DNA of 59,326 nt, the filler included. It is 5 parts of 5 records of this genome, joined end to end, with 100 filler letters (N's around TTAATTAATTAA, not from the genome) between each part and the next. Parts side by side here need not be neighbours in the genome. Positions count along the whole stretch, not along the records: positions 36,048 to 53,505 come from SRR2962707_5556; 4 more parts are not named here. The stretch is one strand, 5' to 3'. Positions 40,136 to 48,642 of the stretch are shown one piece after another. Numbering within the stretch: position 1 is the stretch's first letter; each line of letters opens with the position of its first letter. The position numbers and the translations under genes are program-made. The notes below the pieces were generated by a model that worked only from the letters and a program-made list of their open reading frames with translations, made no database searches and was not told where the DNA came from.

Positions 40136-41308
40136 ATGCAGCATTTCGACCAGACCCCGACCGATAGGGATTTTCATCAAAACCCCTATCCGCTTTATGC
40201 CGCGATGCGGGCGGCGGGCGATCTGGTCTGGTGGGATGACTATGACCGGGCCTGCGCAGTCAGTCACCGAGCGGTCAATGCCATCCTGCGCGACCGACGT
40301 TTTGGCCGGGAACTGCCGGCGGATCTTGCCCCGACGGTGCCGGACCACCTCGCGCCATTCTATCGGGTCGAGGCGCATTCGATGCTGGAACTGGAACCGC
40401 CTCGCCATACCCGCCTGCGCGGTCTGGTGCTGCGCGCCTTCACCTCGCGCCGGATCGCCGCTCTGGGACCGGAAATCACCGCCCTGTGTCATCAGCTGAT
40501 CGACGCGTTGCCGCCCGGGGATTTCGACCTGCTACCGCATTTTGCGCAGAAACTTCCGGTGATCATCATCGCACGCCTGCTGGGTGTACCGGACGCCCAT
40601 GCCGATCAGTTGCTACGCTGGTCCAACGCCATGGTCGCCATGTATCAGGCCGGGCGGACCCGCGAAATCGAAGATGTCGCCGCCCGGGCAGCCTCCGACT
40701 TTGCCGCCTTTCTGCGTGGCTATATCGATGCCCGCCGCAACGATCCGCGCGACGACCTGCTGACCCAGCTTATCGCGGCCGAAGAGGCAGGCGAGAAGCT
40801 GTCGACCGATGAGTTGATCGCAACGTGTGTGCTGCTGCTGAATGCGGGTCACGAGGCGACGGTGCACACCATTGGGAACGGCGTCGCATCTCTGCTGGCC
40901 CAGAACGTGACCCCGACCGAAGAAACGGCCGCCGCGATCAGCGAAGAAATCCTGCGCCATGACCCACCGCTGCACATATTTACCCGCATCGCCTATGAGG
41001 AAATTGACCTGTTTGGCCACAGGTTCAGACGTGGCGACACGGTGGCACTGCTGCTGGCATCGGCCAACCGCGACGCGGCGGTCTGGGCGCGGCCGGACCA
41101 GTTCGATCCATCGCGCACACCGGCCGCGCACACAAGCTTTGGCGGCGGGCTGCATTTTTGCGTCGGGGCTCCGTTGGCGCGGCTCGAACTACAGATTGCG
41201 TTGCCGATCCTGTTTGACCGGCTGCCGGGGCTGCGCCTGTCGGGGGTGCCGCGCTATGCACCAACGTATCATTTCCATGGGCTGGAGGCGTTGTTCCTGA
41301 AACGCTAA
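40136..41308 (+). CDS. Cytochrome P450
   Basis: EPPRHTRLR, AGHEAT, EEILR and heme motif FGGGLHFCVG. Start placed at MQHFDQ. Confidence 0.95.
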   Translation: MQHFDQTPTDRDFHQNPYPLYAAMRAAGDLVWWDDYDRACAVSHRAVNAILRDRRFGRELPADLAPTVPDHLAPFYRVEAHSMLELEPPRHTRLRGLVLRAFTSRRIAALGPEITALCHQLIDALPPGDFDLLPHFAQKLPVIIIARLLGVPDAHADQLLRWSNAMVAMYQAGRTREIEDVAARAASDFAAFLRGYIDARRNDPRDDLLTQLIAAEEAGEKLSTDELIATCVLLLNAGHEATVHTIGNGVASLLAQNVTPTEETAAAISEEILRHDPPLHIFTRIAYEEIDLFGHRFRRGDTVALLLASANRDAAVWARPDQFDPSRTPAAHTSFGGGLHFCVGAPLARLELQIALPILFDRLPGLRLSGVPRYAPTYHFHGLEALFLKR

Positions 41309-41521
41309 GGCCGCGAGACATATCTGTCACTCGCCCTTGCCCCAACCTTTATCGCGGAGTTGACCGACGTTGCTGGCGGACCCTTCTAATTGCGCGCCCA
41401 ATCGGCGGAGGTCGACAGCTCATCTGGTGCTGGCCCGCCGACGTGATAAGACGCGAATTAGGCCATCAAGCCGGACGCAGACAAAGAACCTTGGCATGAC
41501 ACCCAAAATCCATTCCCCCAG

Positions 41522-43018
41522 GTGCTGAAACGCTTTGGAACCATATCGGGCCTGACGCTGGCCAGCCGCGTCGCCGGTTTGCTGCGCGATCTTATCCTGG
41601 CCGCAGTACTTGGCGCCGGGCCATTGGCCGATGCCTTCATGTTGGCGTTTCGCCTGCCCAACCATTTCCGCGCGATCTTTGCCGAGGGCGCATTCAATGC
41701 GGCGTTTTTGCCGACCTATGCAGCCGCCCGGGTACGGGACGGGGAAAATGCGGCCAACGCCTTTGCCTCGACTGTTCTGGTCTGGCTCGTAGTTGTGAAC
41801 CTCTTGTTGCTGACGGGCGTCATGGTGGCTCCTGCCCTGACCCTTGATTTGCTGGCCCCGGGAATTGATTCCGGCGAGGCGATACTGACCTTGCAACTGA
41901 TATGGATTACCTTTCCCTACCTGCTTTGCATGTCGCTTGCAGCCTTCCTGTCGGCCCTTTTGAATGCACATGACAGGTTCGCTGCAGCTGCGGCGGCCCC
42001 CATCCTACTCAATCTCTTCATGATTGGCGGGCTCGCGACCGCCCATATATTTCCCACCGCAGCACATGCCGCCGCCTGGAGCGTTTTTGCCGCAGGCATC
42101 TCGCAGGTCACCCTGCTCATACTGGCGGTGCGCCGGGCGCGGATATCACTGTGCCCCGGCTGGCCAAAGATGTCCCCGCCCGCGCATCTGTTTCTGCGCA
42201 GGCTTGGTCCGGCGCTCCTTACCTCTGGCGCGGTGCAGGTCGCGGTGTTTGCCGATACGATTCTGGCCACATTCCTGCCTGTGGGCAGCCTGTCTCAGCT
42301 GTATTACGCCGACCGGATCTATCAGCTGCCGGTAGGGGTGATCGGCATTGCGGTAGGCACGATGCTGCTGCCGGATATCGCACGCCGCGCCGGGGCGGGC
42401 GATGACGCTGGAATGCACCATTCTGCCAGCCGTGCGCTGCGGTTCTGCCTGGATCTGGCCGCGCCGCTGACAGCTGTGATGATTGTTCTCGGGGATTGGA
42501 TCATGGCAGTCCTGTTCGTGCGCGGCGCCTTTGACATGGCAACGGCCCAGGCCTCGGCCGTGATCTTGGCCGCGTATAGCCTTGGGCTGGTGCCGGCCCT
42601 GTCGGTCCGCGCGTTGGTGTCCTGTTTTCAAGGGCGCGGTGATTTGCAAACGCCGTTTCGCGCCCTCGCTTTCGCCACGGCGGTAAACATCGCACTGAAG
42701 TTTTCTTTGGTCGCCCACTTCGGTGTCGCGGGTCTCGCGCTGGCCACCTCGGTCGGCCTCTGGCTTTATGTTGGAACCCTGTTCGTTATGGCGCGGAACC
42801 GGGGTTTCGTCACTCTCAGGCAGGGCAACGCTCTGATCTCGGCCGGCCCTTCTGTCATTTGCGGCGGTGCGATTTACGTCTTGCGCGACCCGCTGTTGAC
42901 CGGGTGCACCGCCCTGGCGGGCGATTTGGGGATGGTGCTGGCGCTGTTTGTCGCGGGCCTGGGCGCGATGCTGTTCCTGTTCGCGGTCCGGCTTGCTTTG
43001 GGCGAGGTTTGCGGTTGA
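41522..43018 (+). CDS. murJ: MurJ/MviN family flippase
   Basis: SRVAGLLRD, ADAF..AFRLPN.FR.IFAEGAF and LYYADRIYQLP. Confidence 0.88.
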   Translation: MLKRFGTISGLTLASRVAGLLRDLILAAVLGAGPLADAFMLAFRLPNHFRAIFAEGAFNAAFLPTYAAARVRDGENAANAFASTVLVWLVVVNLLLLTGVMVAPALTLDLLAPGIDSGEAILTLQLIWITFPYLLCMSLAAFLSALLNAHDRFAAAAAAPILLNLFMIGGLATAHIFPTAAHAAAWSVFAAGISQVTLLILAVRRARISLCPGWPKMSPPAHLFLRRLGPALLTSGAVQVAVFADTILATFLPVGSLSQLYYADRIYQLPVGVIGIAVGTMLLPDIARRAGAGDDAGMHHSASRALRFCLDLAAPLTAVMIVLGDWIMAVLFVRGAFDMATAQASAVILAAYSLGLVPALSVRALVSCFQGRGDLQTPFRALAFATAVNIALKFSLVAHFGVAGLALATSVGLWLYVGTLFVMARNRGFVTLRQGNALISAGPSVICGGAIYVLRDPLLTGCTALAGDLGMVLALFVAGLGAMLFLFAVRLALGEVCG

Positions 43019-43157
43019 ACGACTGCGGCACTGAGACGGCGCAATAACGTACTGCGTTACACCCCCAGCGTGATCCAAGGCCCTAACGCGGGCGGCGCGC
43101 TTGCCCGCAATCTGTGCGGCTGATAGGACGGCGACACATAAAGCAGCAGGGCAGCAG

Positions 43158-44291
43158 ATGCGCACGGCCATCGGAACAAGCGATTATCACGTCGGGGGCG
43201 AGACATTTATCAATCGGCATATCAATCTGCTTTTTGGCGGCGATACGGTTGTCCTTTGTGGCCGTTTCAACGGCGAAAACCCCTATGAAAAACAGGTGTT
43301 CGAACGCCGTTCCCGGCTTGGCGCGATGGATGTGGCCATCCTGCCCTTCTGGACACTATGGAACCGTATGCAGCACGCCACATCGCGCCTGCCATTTGGA
43401 CAGGCAAAGCGCGATCTGGCCGATTTCCTGCGCCGCGAGCGGGTCGAGGTCATCCTGGCCGAATTCGGTACGCAGGCACTGGCGTTGGCACCGCTGGCAA
43501 ACGAATTGGGCATTCCGATTTTCAGCTATTACCGTGGCACCGACGCATCAAAGGCGCTGCGCACCCCCCGGATCCAGGTCGCCTATCGCAAGATGATGCC
43601 ACGGCTGGCAGGTGTGTTTTCCGTTTCGCAGTTCCTGCTAGACAACCTTGCACGGCACGGGGTGCGCCACGACAACGCGCACGTGATCCCCAGCGGGGTC
43701 GATGTGCGCCGCTTCACCCCCGCCGAAAAGGAACCGTTGTCCTGTCTGGCGGTAGGTCGTTTTGTGGAAAAGAAGGCGCCGCTGATCACCCTGCAATCCT
43801 TTGCCAATGCCAGCGACGGCACCGGCGCAAGGCTCGACTTTATAGGTGACGGCCCGCTGCTCGACCCGGCCAGAACGCTGGCACGTGACCTGGGTGTGGC
43901 CGACCGGGTTACATTTCACGGGGCCCAAAACCACGAATTTGTGCGCGACAGACTGCGGCACACGCAGTTTTTTCTTCAGCATTCAGTCACAGCGGCAGAT
44001 GGCAATACCGAAGGCCTGCCAACCGCGATTCAAGAGGCGATGGCCTGCGGCTGCGTCACTGTTTCGACCCGCCATGCCGGCATTCCAGAGGCGATTGACG
44101 AGGGCGTAAACGGCTTTCTGGTCGAGGAGCATGATGCCGAAGGATTTACGCGCGCGATACGGAAAGCCCTCAGTTCTGACAACCTTGAGCAAACGGCGAC
44201 CAAAGCGCGCCAGGTCGCCGAGGCGCGGTTCGACAACGACATACTGCTGCAGCGGCTCGAAACTCAAATCAGCATGACGCTGGGGCGCTAG
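43158..44291 (+). CDS. Glycosyltransferase family 4
   Basis: VGRFVEKKAP, IGDGPL, EGLPTAIQEAMACG and HAGIPEAI. Confidence 0.9.
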   Translation: MRTAIGTSDYHVGGETFINRHINLLFGGDTVVLCGRFNGENPYEKQVFERRSRLGAMDVAILPFWTLWNRMQHATSRLPFGQAKRDLADFLRRERVEVILAEFGTQALALAPLANELGIPIFSYYRGTDASKALRTPRIQVAYRKMMPRLAGVFSVSQFLLDNLARHGVRHDNAHVIPSGVDVRRFTPAEKEPLSCLAVGRFVEKKAPLITLQSFANASDGTGARLDFIGDGPLLDPARTLARDLGVADRVTFHGAQNHEFVRDRLRHTQFFLQHSVTAADGNTEGLPTAIQEAMACGCVTVSTRHAGIPEAIDEGVNGFLVEEHDAEGFTRAIRKALSSDNLEQTATKARQVAEARFDNDILLQRLETQISMTLGR

Positions 44292-44295
44292 GCCA

Positions 44296-45516
44296 TTGCT
44301 GATCTACCGGGTTCTCATTTCGCTCTTTGCACTTTGGCAGATGGCACGACTTGTGCTCGCCCGGGATTGGGCTGCCCTTGCGCAACGACGCGGCGCGGTT
44401 GGCCCGGTCAATTCCGGCCCACACCTTTGGCTGCACGCCGCATCGAACGGTGAATTGGCTTCGGCCCGACCGCTGATACTGGCCCTGCGGGCGGCGCGCC
44501 CCGAACTGGCCCTGCTGATCACCTGCAACAGTGCGACCGGCGTGGCGCTGGTAACGGGATGGGGCCTGCCCGGTGTGTCCGCGCATCTGGCGCCGCTGGA
44601 TCTGGCCCATTTTGAGCGGCGCCTCTTACGGCGTTGGCAGATCGTGGCGCATGTGATGATGGAATCCGAAATCTGGCCAAACCGTGTACTTCTCTGCCCC
44701 GGCCCGGTGCTGGTGCTGGGTGGACGGATGTCGCAGGGATCGGCGCGTGGATGGGGGCGCCTTGGGAGTCTTGCAAGGCGCGTCCTGTCAAGAATTGCCT
44801 TTCTTTCGGCGCAGGATACGGAATCTCGGGACCGTTTTTTGCAGCTGGGATTGCGGGCGGAATCTTGCGGGCCGGTTGTCGACCTAAAGGCGCTTTATAC
44901 CCCCCCGCCCGACCAGATCCCCGACGATGCGTTGCGCGCCGCCTATCCCCGCGCGAATACATGGCTGGCCGCCTCAACCCATACTGGCGAAGAATCGGTC
45001 GTGATCGCCGCACATCTTGAGGCGCGTAAGGCCCGCCCTGATCTGCGGCTTATCCTGGCCATACGCCATCCGACCCGCGCGAAAGAGGTCGCCGGATTGC
45101 TACACGCGGCGGAGCTGAACTTTGACCGCCGGTCGGCTGGCAACAGCAAAGCAGAGGTGCTGCTTGCCGATACAATGGGCGAAATGGCGTTGTGGTATGC
45201 GCTGGCAGGTGTGGTGTTCATCGGCGGAACGCTGACCGACAGGGGCGGGCATACGCCCTTTGAACCGGCATTTTTTGGGGCGGCCATCCTGCACGGCCCC
45301 GATCTGCGCAATTTCCAGAAACCTTTTGCAGCGCTGGCAAAGGCCGACGCCGCCCGCGAAATCGGCGATGCCGCTGGACTGGCCGCTGCACTTGTGGCGC
45401 TTCGGGACCCGGCGCAGCAGCGCAGCCTTGGTGCCCGTGCGCAGGCAGCGCTGAGGCAGGATACCGGGCTTGATGGGTTGATGGGACAGATCCTACCCCT
45501 GATCCCGAAAGGTTGA
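44296..45516 (+). CDS. Kdo transferase (WaaA/KdtA)-like glycosyltransferase
   Basis: WLHAASNGE, APLD, ESEIWPN, AASTH.GEE, DTMGEM and GGHTPFEPA. Confidence 0.85.
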   Translation: MLIYRVLISLFALWQMARLVLARDWAALAQRRGAVGPVNSGPHLWLHAASNGELASARPLILALRAARPELALLITCNSATGVALVTGWGLPGVSAHLAPLDLAHFERRLLRRWQIVAHVMMESEIWPNRVLLCPGPVLVLGGRMSQGSARGWGRLGSLARRVLSRIAFLSAQDTESRDRFLQLGLRAESCGPVVDLKALYTPPPDQIPDDALRAAYPRANTWLAASTHTGEESVVIAAHLEARKARPDLRLILAIRHPTRAKEVAGLLHAAELNFDRRSAGNSKAEVLLADTMGEMALWYALAGVVFIGGTLTDRGGHTPFEPAFFGAAILHGPDLRNFQKPFAALAKADAAREIGDAAGLAAALVALRDPAQQRSLGARAQAALRQDTGLDGLMGQILPLIPKG

Positions 45517-45629
45517 ATGGTGGACACCCTTACCATGCCGCCCGCCCCGGACCCCAAACGCATTAACGATTTCTTGAAGTCGGCGCACGACAGTCTATCT
45601 AGAACGGGTATGCCAGACGGGACGTTTGC

Positions 45630-46052
45630 ATGATCCAGTACAGCCTCAAATGCGCCAGTGACCACCGGTTCGATTCCTGGTTCCAATCCGGCGATGCGTT
45701 TGACAAGCTGTCGAGCAGTCGGCTGATCAACTGCCCCGTCTGCGGGTCAGAATCGGTCGAAAAAGCCGTGATGGCACCCATGGTCAACAGTCTTGCCCCA
45801 ACAAACCACCGCCAGTTGAGCGCCGAAAAATCTTCAGCCGAGCAGGCGATCGCAGAGATGCGCAAACATATTGAATCGACATCGGACTATGTCGGGCCGG
45901 ATTTCGCCCGAGAGGCCCGCGCCATCCACGACGGAGAGGCCCCAGAGCGCCCGATCTGGGGCGAGGCACGCGGGGACGAGGCGAAAAAACTGATTGAGGA
46001 CGGTGTTCCGGTGGCGCCCTTGCCCTATGTTCCGACGCGCAAGACAAACTGA
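45630..46052 (+). CDS. DUF1178 family protein
   Basis: IQYSLKC..HRFDSWF, CPVCG, KAVMAP and YVG.DFAREARAIH. Confidence 0.9.
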   Translation: MIQYSLKCASDHRFDSWFQSGDAFDKLSSSRLINCPVCGSESVEKAVMAPMVNSLAPTNHRQLSAEKSSAEQAIAEMRKHIESTSDYVGPDFAREARAIHDGEAPERPIWGEARGDEAKKLIEDGVPVAPLPYVPTRKTN

Positions 46053-46075
46053 CATCTGAACAGGAAGAATCCCTT

Positions 46076-46720
46076 ATGACCGTACTGATAACAGGCGCCA
46101 ATCGCGGAATTGGCAATGCTATTTACAAGACACTCTCGACCCGTGGGGACACCGTGATAGGCACGGCCCGGGGTACGCAAGGTTTTCTGCCGCTGGATGT
46201 GAGCGACCCTGCGTCGCACACCGCACTTGCCCACGAAATCGATGGTACGCCGGTGGACCTGTTAGTGTGCAACGCCGGAGTCTACCTCGACAAGGGGCAG
46301 AGCCTGACAGACGGCTATCCGGCGCCGATGTGGGCCGACATGTTCGCGGTGAACGTGACCGGGGTCTTTCTGACCGTACAAGCGCTGCTTGAAAATCTGA
46401 AACTGGCCAAGAGCGCCAAGGTGGCGATCATATCGTCACAGATGGCGTCGTCCGAACGCGCGCCTGGGGGGAGCCTGATCTACCGCGCCTCAAAAGCGGC
46501 AGCGCTGAACCTTGGGCGCAATTTGGCGCAGGACCTGTCTGGGCTCGGGATTGCCGTGGGCATCTATCATCCCGGCTGGGTACGCACGGATATGGGCGGA
46601 TCAAGTGCTGCGATTTCGGTCGAGGAATCCGCCGCTGGCCTGGTGCAGCGGTTCGATGACCTGAGCCTGAAGACGACCGGCTGTTTCGAAACCTTCGACG
46701 GGCAGGCGCACCCTTATTGA
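46076..46720 (+). CDS. Short-chain dehydrogenase (CsgA/C-factor-like)
   Basis: ITGANRGIG, CNAG, YRASKAA and HPGWVRTDMGG. Confidence 0.92.
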   Translation: MTVLITGANRGIGNAIYKTLSTRGDTVIGTARGTQGFLPLDVSDPASHTALAHEIDGTPVDLLVCNAGVYLDKGQSLTDGYPAPMWADMFAVNVTGVFLTVQALLENLKLAKSAKVAIISSQMASSERAPGGSLIYRASKAAALNLGRNLAQDLSGLGIAVGIYHPGWVRTDMGGSSAAISVEESAAGLVQRFDDLSLKTTGCFETFDGQAHPY

Positions 46721-47166
46721 GTGTGACGGACCCAGACGGGTTTCCCGCTGGGTTCGCCGCCGCTTGGGCAACCCGCGATGGCAATGTCGTGGCTGCCCTG
46801 TTCTGCGAAGACGCGGATTTCGTAAACGTAGTCGCGCTCTGGTGGCGTCATCGCAGGGATATCGCCAAAGCGCATGACTATGCGTTGAAATCCTTTTTTG
46901 CCGACACCATCTGCGCACCGGCGTCGTCCGGGTGCGCCATCTGGGGGCAGGATCATGCTGTGGTGCATTGCCGTTTCCACCTATCGCGACAACGGGCACC
47001 GGATGGCAGCCGCGCGGGCGATCGTCAGACCGTGATGTGTTTTGTACCGGAACGTCGGGATCATAGCTGGTTGGCGGTGTCTGCCCAAAACACCGATGTT
47101 GTGCCGGGATCCGGAACGTATATCAATGCGGGCGAATTCCAACCGGCGGATTATCGAAGGGGCTGA
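46717..47166 (+). CDS. SgcJ/EcaC (SnoaL/NTF2-like) family protein, probably with an internal frame-shifted segment
   Basis: FAAAWATRD, LFCEDADFVNV and WLAVSAQNT. Confidence 0.75.
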   Translation: MSVTDPDGFPAGFAAAWATRDGNVVAALFCEDADFVNVVALWWRHRRDIAKAHDYALKSFFADTICAPASSGCAIWGQDHAVVHCRFHLSRQRAPDGSRAGDRQTVMCFVPERRDHSWLAVSAQNTDVVPGSGTYINAGEFQPADYRRG

Positions 47167-47214
47167 AAGGTATGAGTTTTCGCGGGCCTGCTCCCTTTGC
47201 TAGACCCACAGGAA

Positions 47215-47262
47215 AGAGAGGCGCTGCCCTCACGCTCCCCGGAGTATTTCTGAACAGATGAA
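47215..47262. repeat. Possible Rhodobacteraceae intergenic repeat unit
   Basis: GAGAGGCGCTGCCCTC...CTCCCCGGAGTATTT...AGATGAA resembles, from memory, a repeat common in roseobacter genomes. Only one copy is present here. Confidence 0.4.
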
Positions 47263-47364
47263 ATGCAAAAAGGGGGTGGCAGGAAGCCCGAGATTTTTAG
47301 CCCTCTTGCACTGTCACACGACCGCGCGTAAAGCACGGGGCGATTGTGACCCCGGGAGAGTCCC

Positions 47365-48603
47365 ATGCCCGTTCTCGTGATGAAATTCGGCGGCACCTCT
47401 GTCGCAACGCTCGACCGGATTCGGCGGGCTGCAAAACGCGTCGGTCTGGAAGTGGCCAAAGGCTATGACGTGATCGTCATCGTTTCTGCCATGTCGGGCA
47501 AGACAAATGAGCTGGTCGGCTGGGTCAATGAAACCTCGCCTCTGTTCGATGCGCGCGAATACGATGCGGTTGTCAGTTCGGGCGAAAACGTGACCGCCGG
47601 CCTTATGGCGCTGACGCTGCAGGAGATGGATATTCCCGCGCGCAGTTGGCAGGGCTGGCAGGTGCCACTTTTGACGACAAGCGCGCACAGTTCCGCGCGG
47701 ATCGAAGAGATCCTGACCGACAACATCAACCGCAAATTCGTCGAAGGCATGCAGGTCGCCGTGGTCGCCGGTTTTCAGGGCATCAGCCCCGAGGGACGCA
47801 TCACCACCCTGGGCCGGGGCGGGTCGGACACCACTGCCGTCGCCTTTGCCGCCGCCTTTGACGCGGAACGATGTGATATTTATACCGATGTAGATGGGGT
47901 CTATACCACCGACCCGCGTATCTGTGAAAAAGCCCGCAAGATGGACCGTATCGCGTTCGAGGAGATGCTCGAACTGGCCTCCCTAGGCGCGAAGGTCTTG
48001 CAGACCCGCTCGGTCGAGCTGGCGATGCGTTACAAGGTCAAACTTCGGGTGCTGAGCAGTTTTGAAGAACCGTCGGACACGGCCGGCACGCTGGTCTGTG
48101 CAGAGGAGGATATCGTGGAAAGCAATGTTGTGGCCGGTGTGGCCTATTCCCGCGACGAGGCCAAGATGACGCTCGTTTCGATCGAAGACCGTCCCGGCAT
48201 CGCCGCTGCGATCTTCATGCCGTTGTCTGAGGCGGGGGTAAACGTCGACATGATCGTGCAGAATATTGCGGAAGAAGGTCGCACAGACATGACCTTTTCC
48301 TGCCCGACCGATCAGGTGAAGCGCGCGCAAAAGGCAATGGACGAAGCAAAGGCCAAGGGCGACATAAATTTCGCCGATCTGGTGGCCGACACTGGCGTTG
48401 CAAAGATTTCCGTCGTGGGGATCGGCATGCGGTCGCACACGGGTGTGGCAGCCAAGATGTTCAAGGTACTCTCGTCCGAGGGGATCAACATCAAAGTCAT
48501 TACAACCTCTGAGATAAAGATTTCCGTACTGATCGACCGAAAATACATGGAACTTGCCGTGCAAGCCCTGCATGATGCCTTCGAGTTGGAAAAAAGCGCC
48601 TGA
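47365..48603 (+). CDS. lysC: Aspartate kinase
   Basis: VMKFGGTSV, VSAM, TTLGRGGSD, IYTDVDG, two ACT domains and TSEIKIS. Confidence 0.97.
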   Translation: MPVLVMKFGGTSVATLDRIRRAAKRVGLEVAKGYDVIVIVSAMSGKTNELVGWVNETSPLFDAREYDAVVSSGENVTAGLMALTLQEMDIPARSWQGWQVPLLTTSAHSSARIEEILTDNINRKFVEGMQVAVVAGFQGISPEGRITTLGRGGSDTTAVAFAAAFDAERCDIYTDVDGVYTTDPRICEKARKMDRIAFEEMLELASLGAKVLQTRSVELAMRYKVKLRVLSSFEEPSDTAGTLVCAEEDIVESNVVAGVAYSRDEAKMTLVSIEDRPGIAAAIFMPLSEAGVNVDMIVQNIAEEGRTDMTFSCPTDQVKRAQKAMDEAKAKGDINFADLVADTGVAKISVVGIGMRSHTGVAAKMFKVLSSEGINIKVITTSEIKISVLIDRKYMELAVQALHDAFELEKSA

Positions 48604-48642
48604 GGTCATCGCGCCCCAGGCAAGTTGTGATGGGGTTTCTGT

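Noticed and set aside
47167-47364. Lysine riboswitch before lysC
   Set aside because: No recognisable L-box consensus or terminator/antiterminator arrangement.
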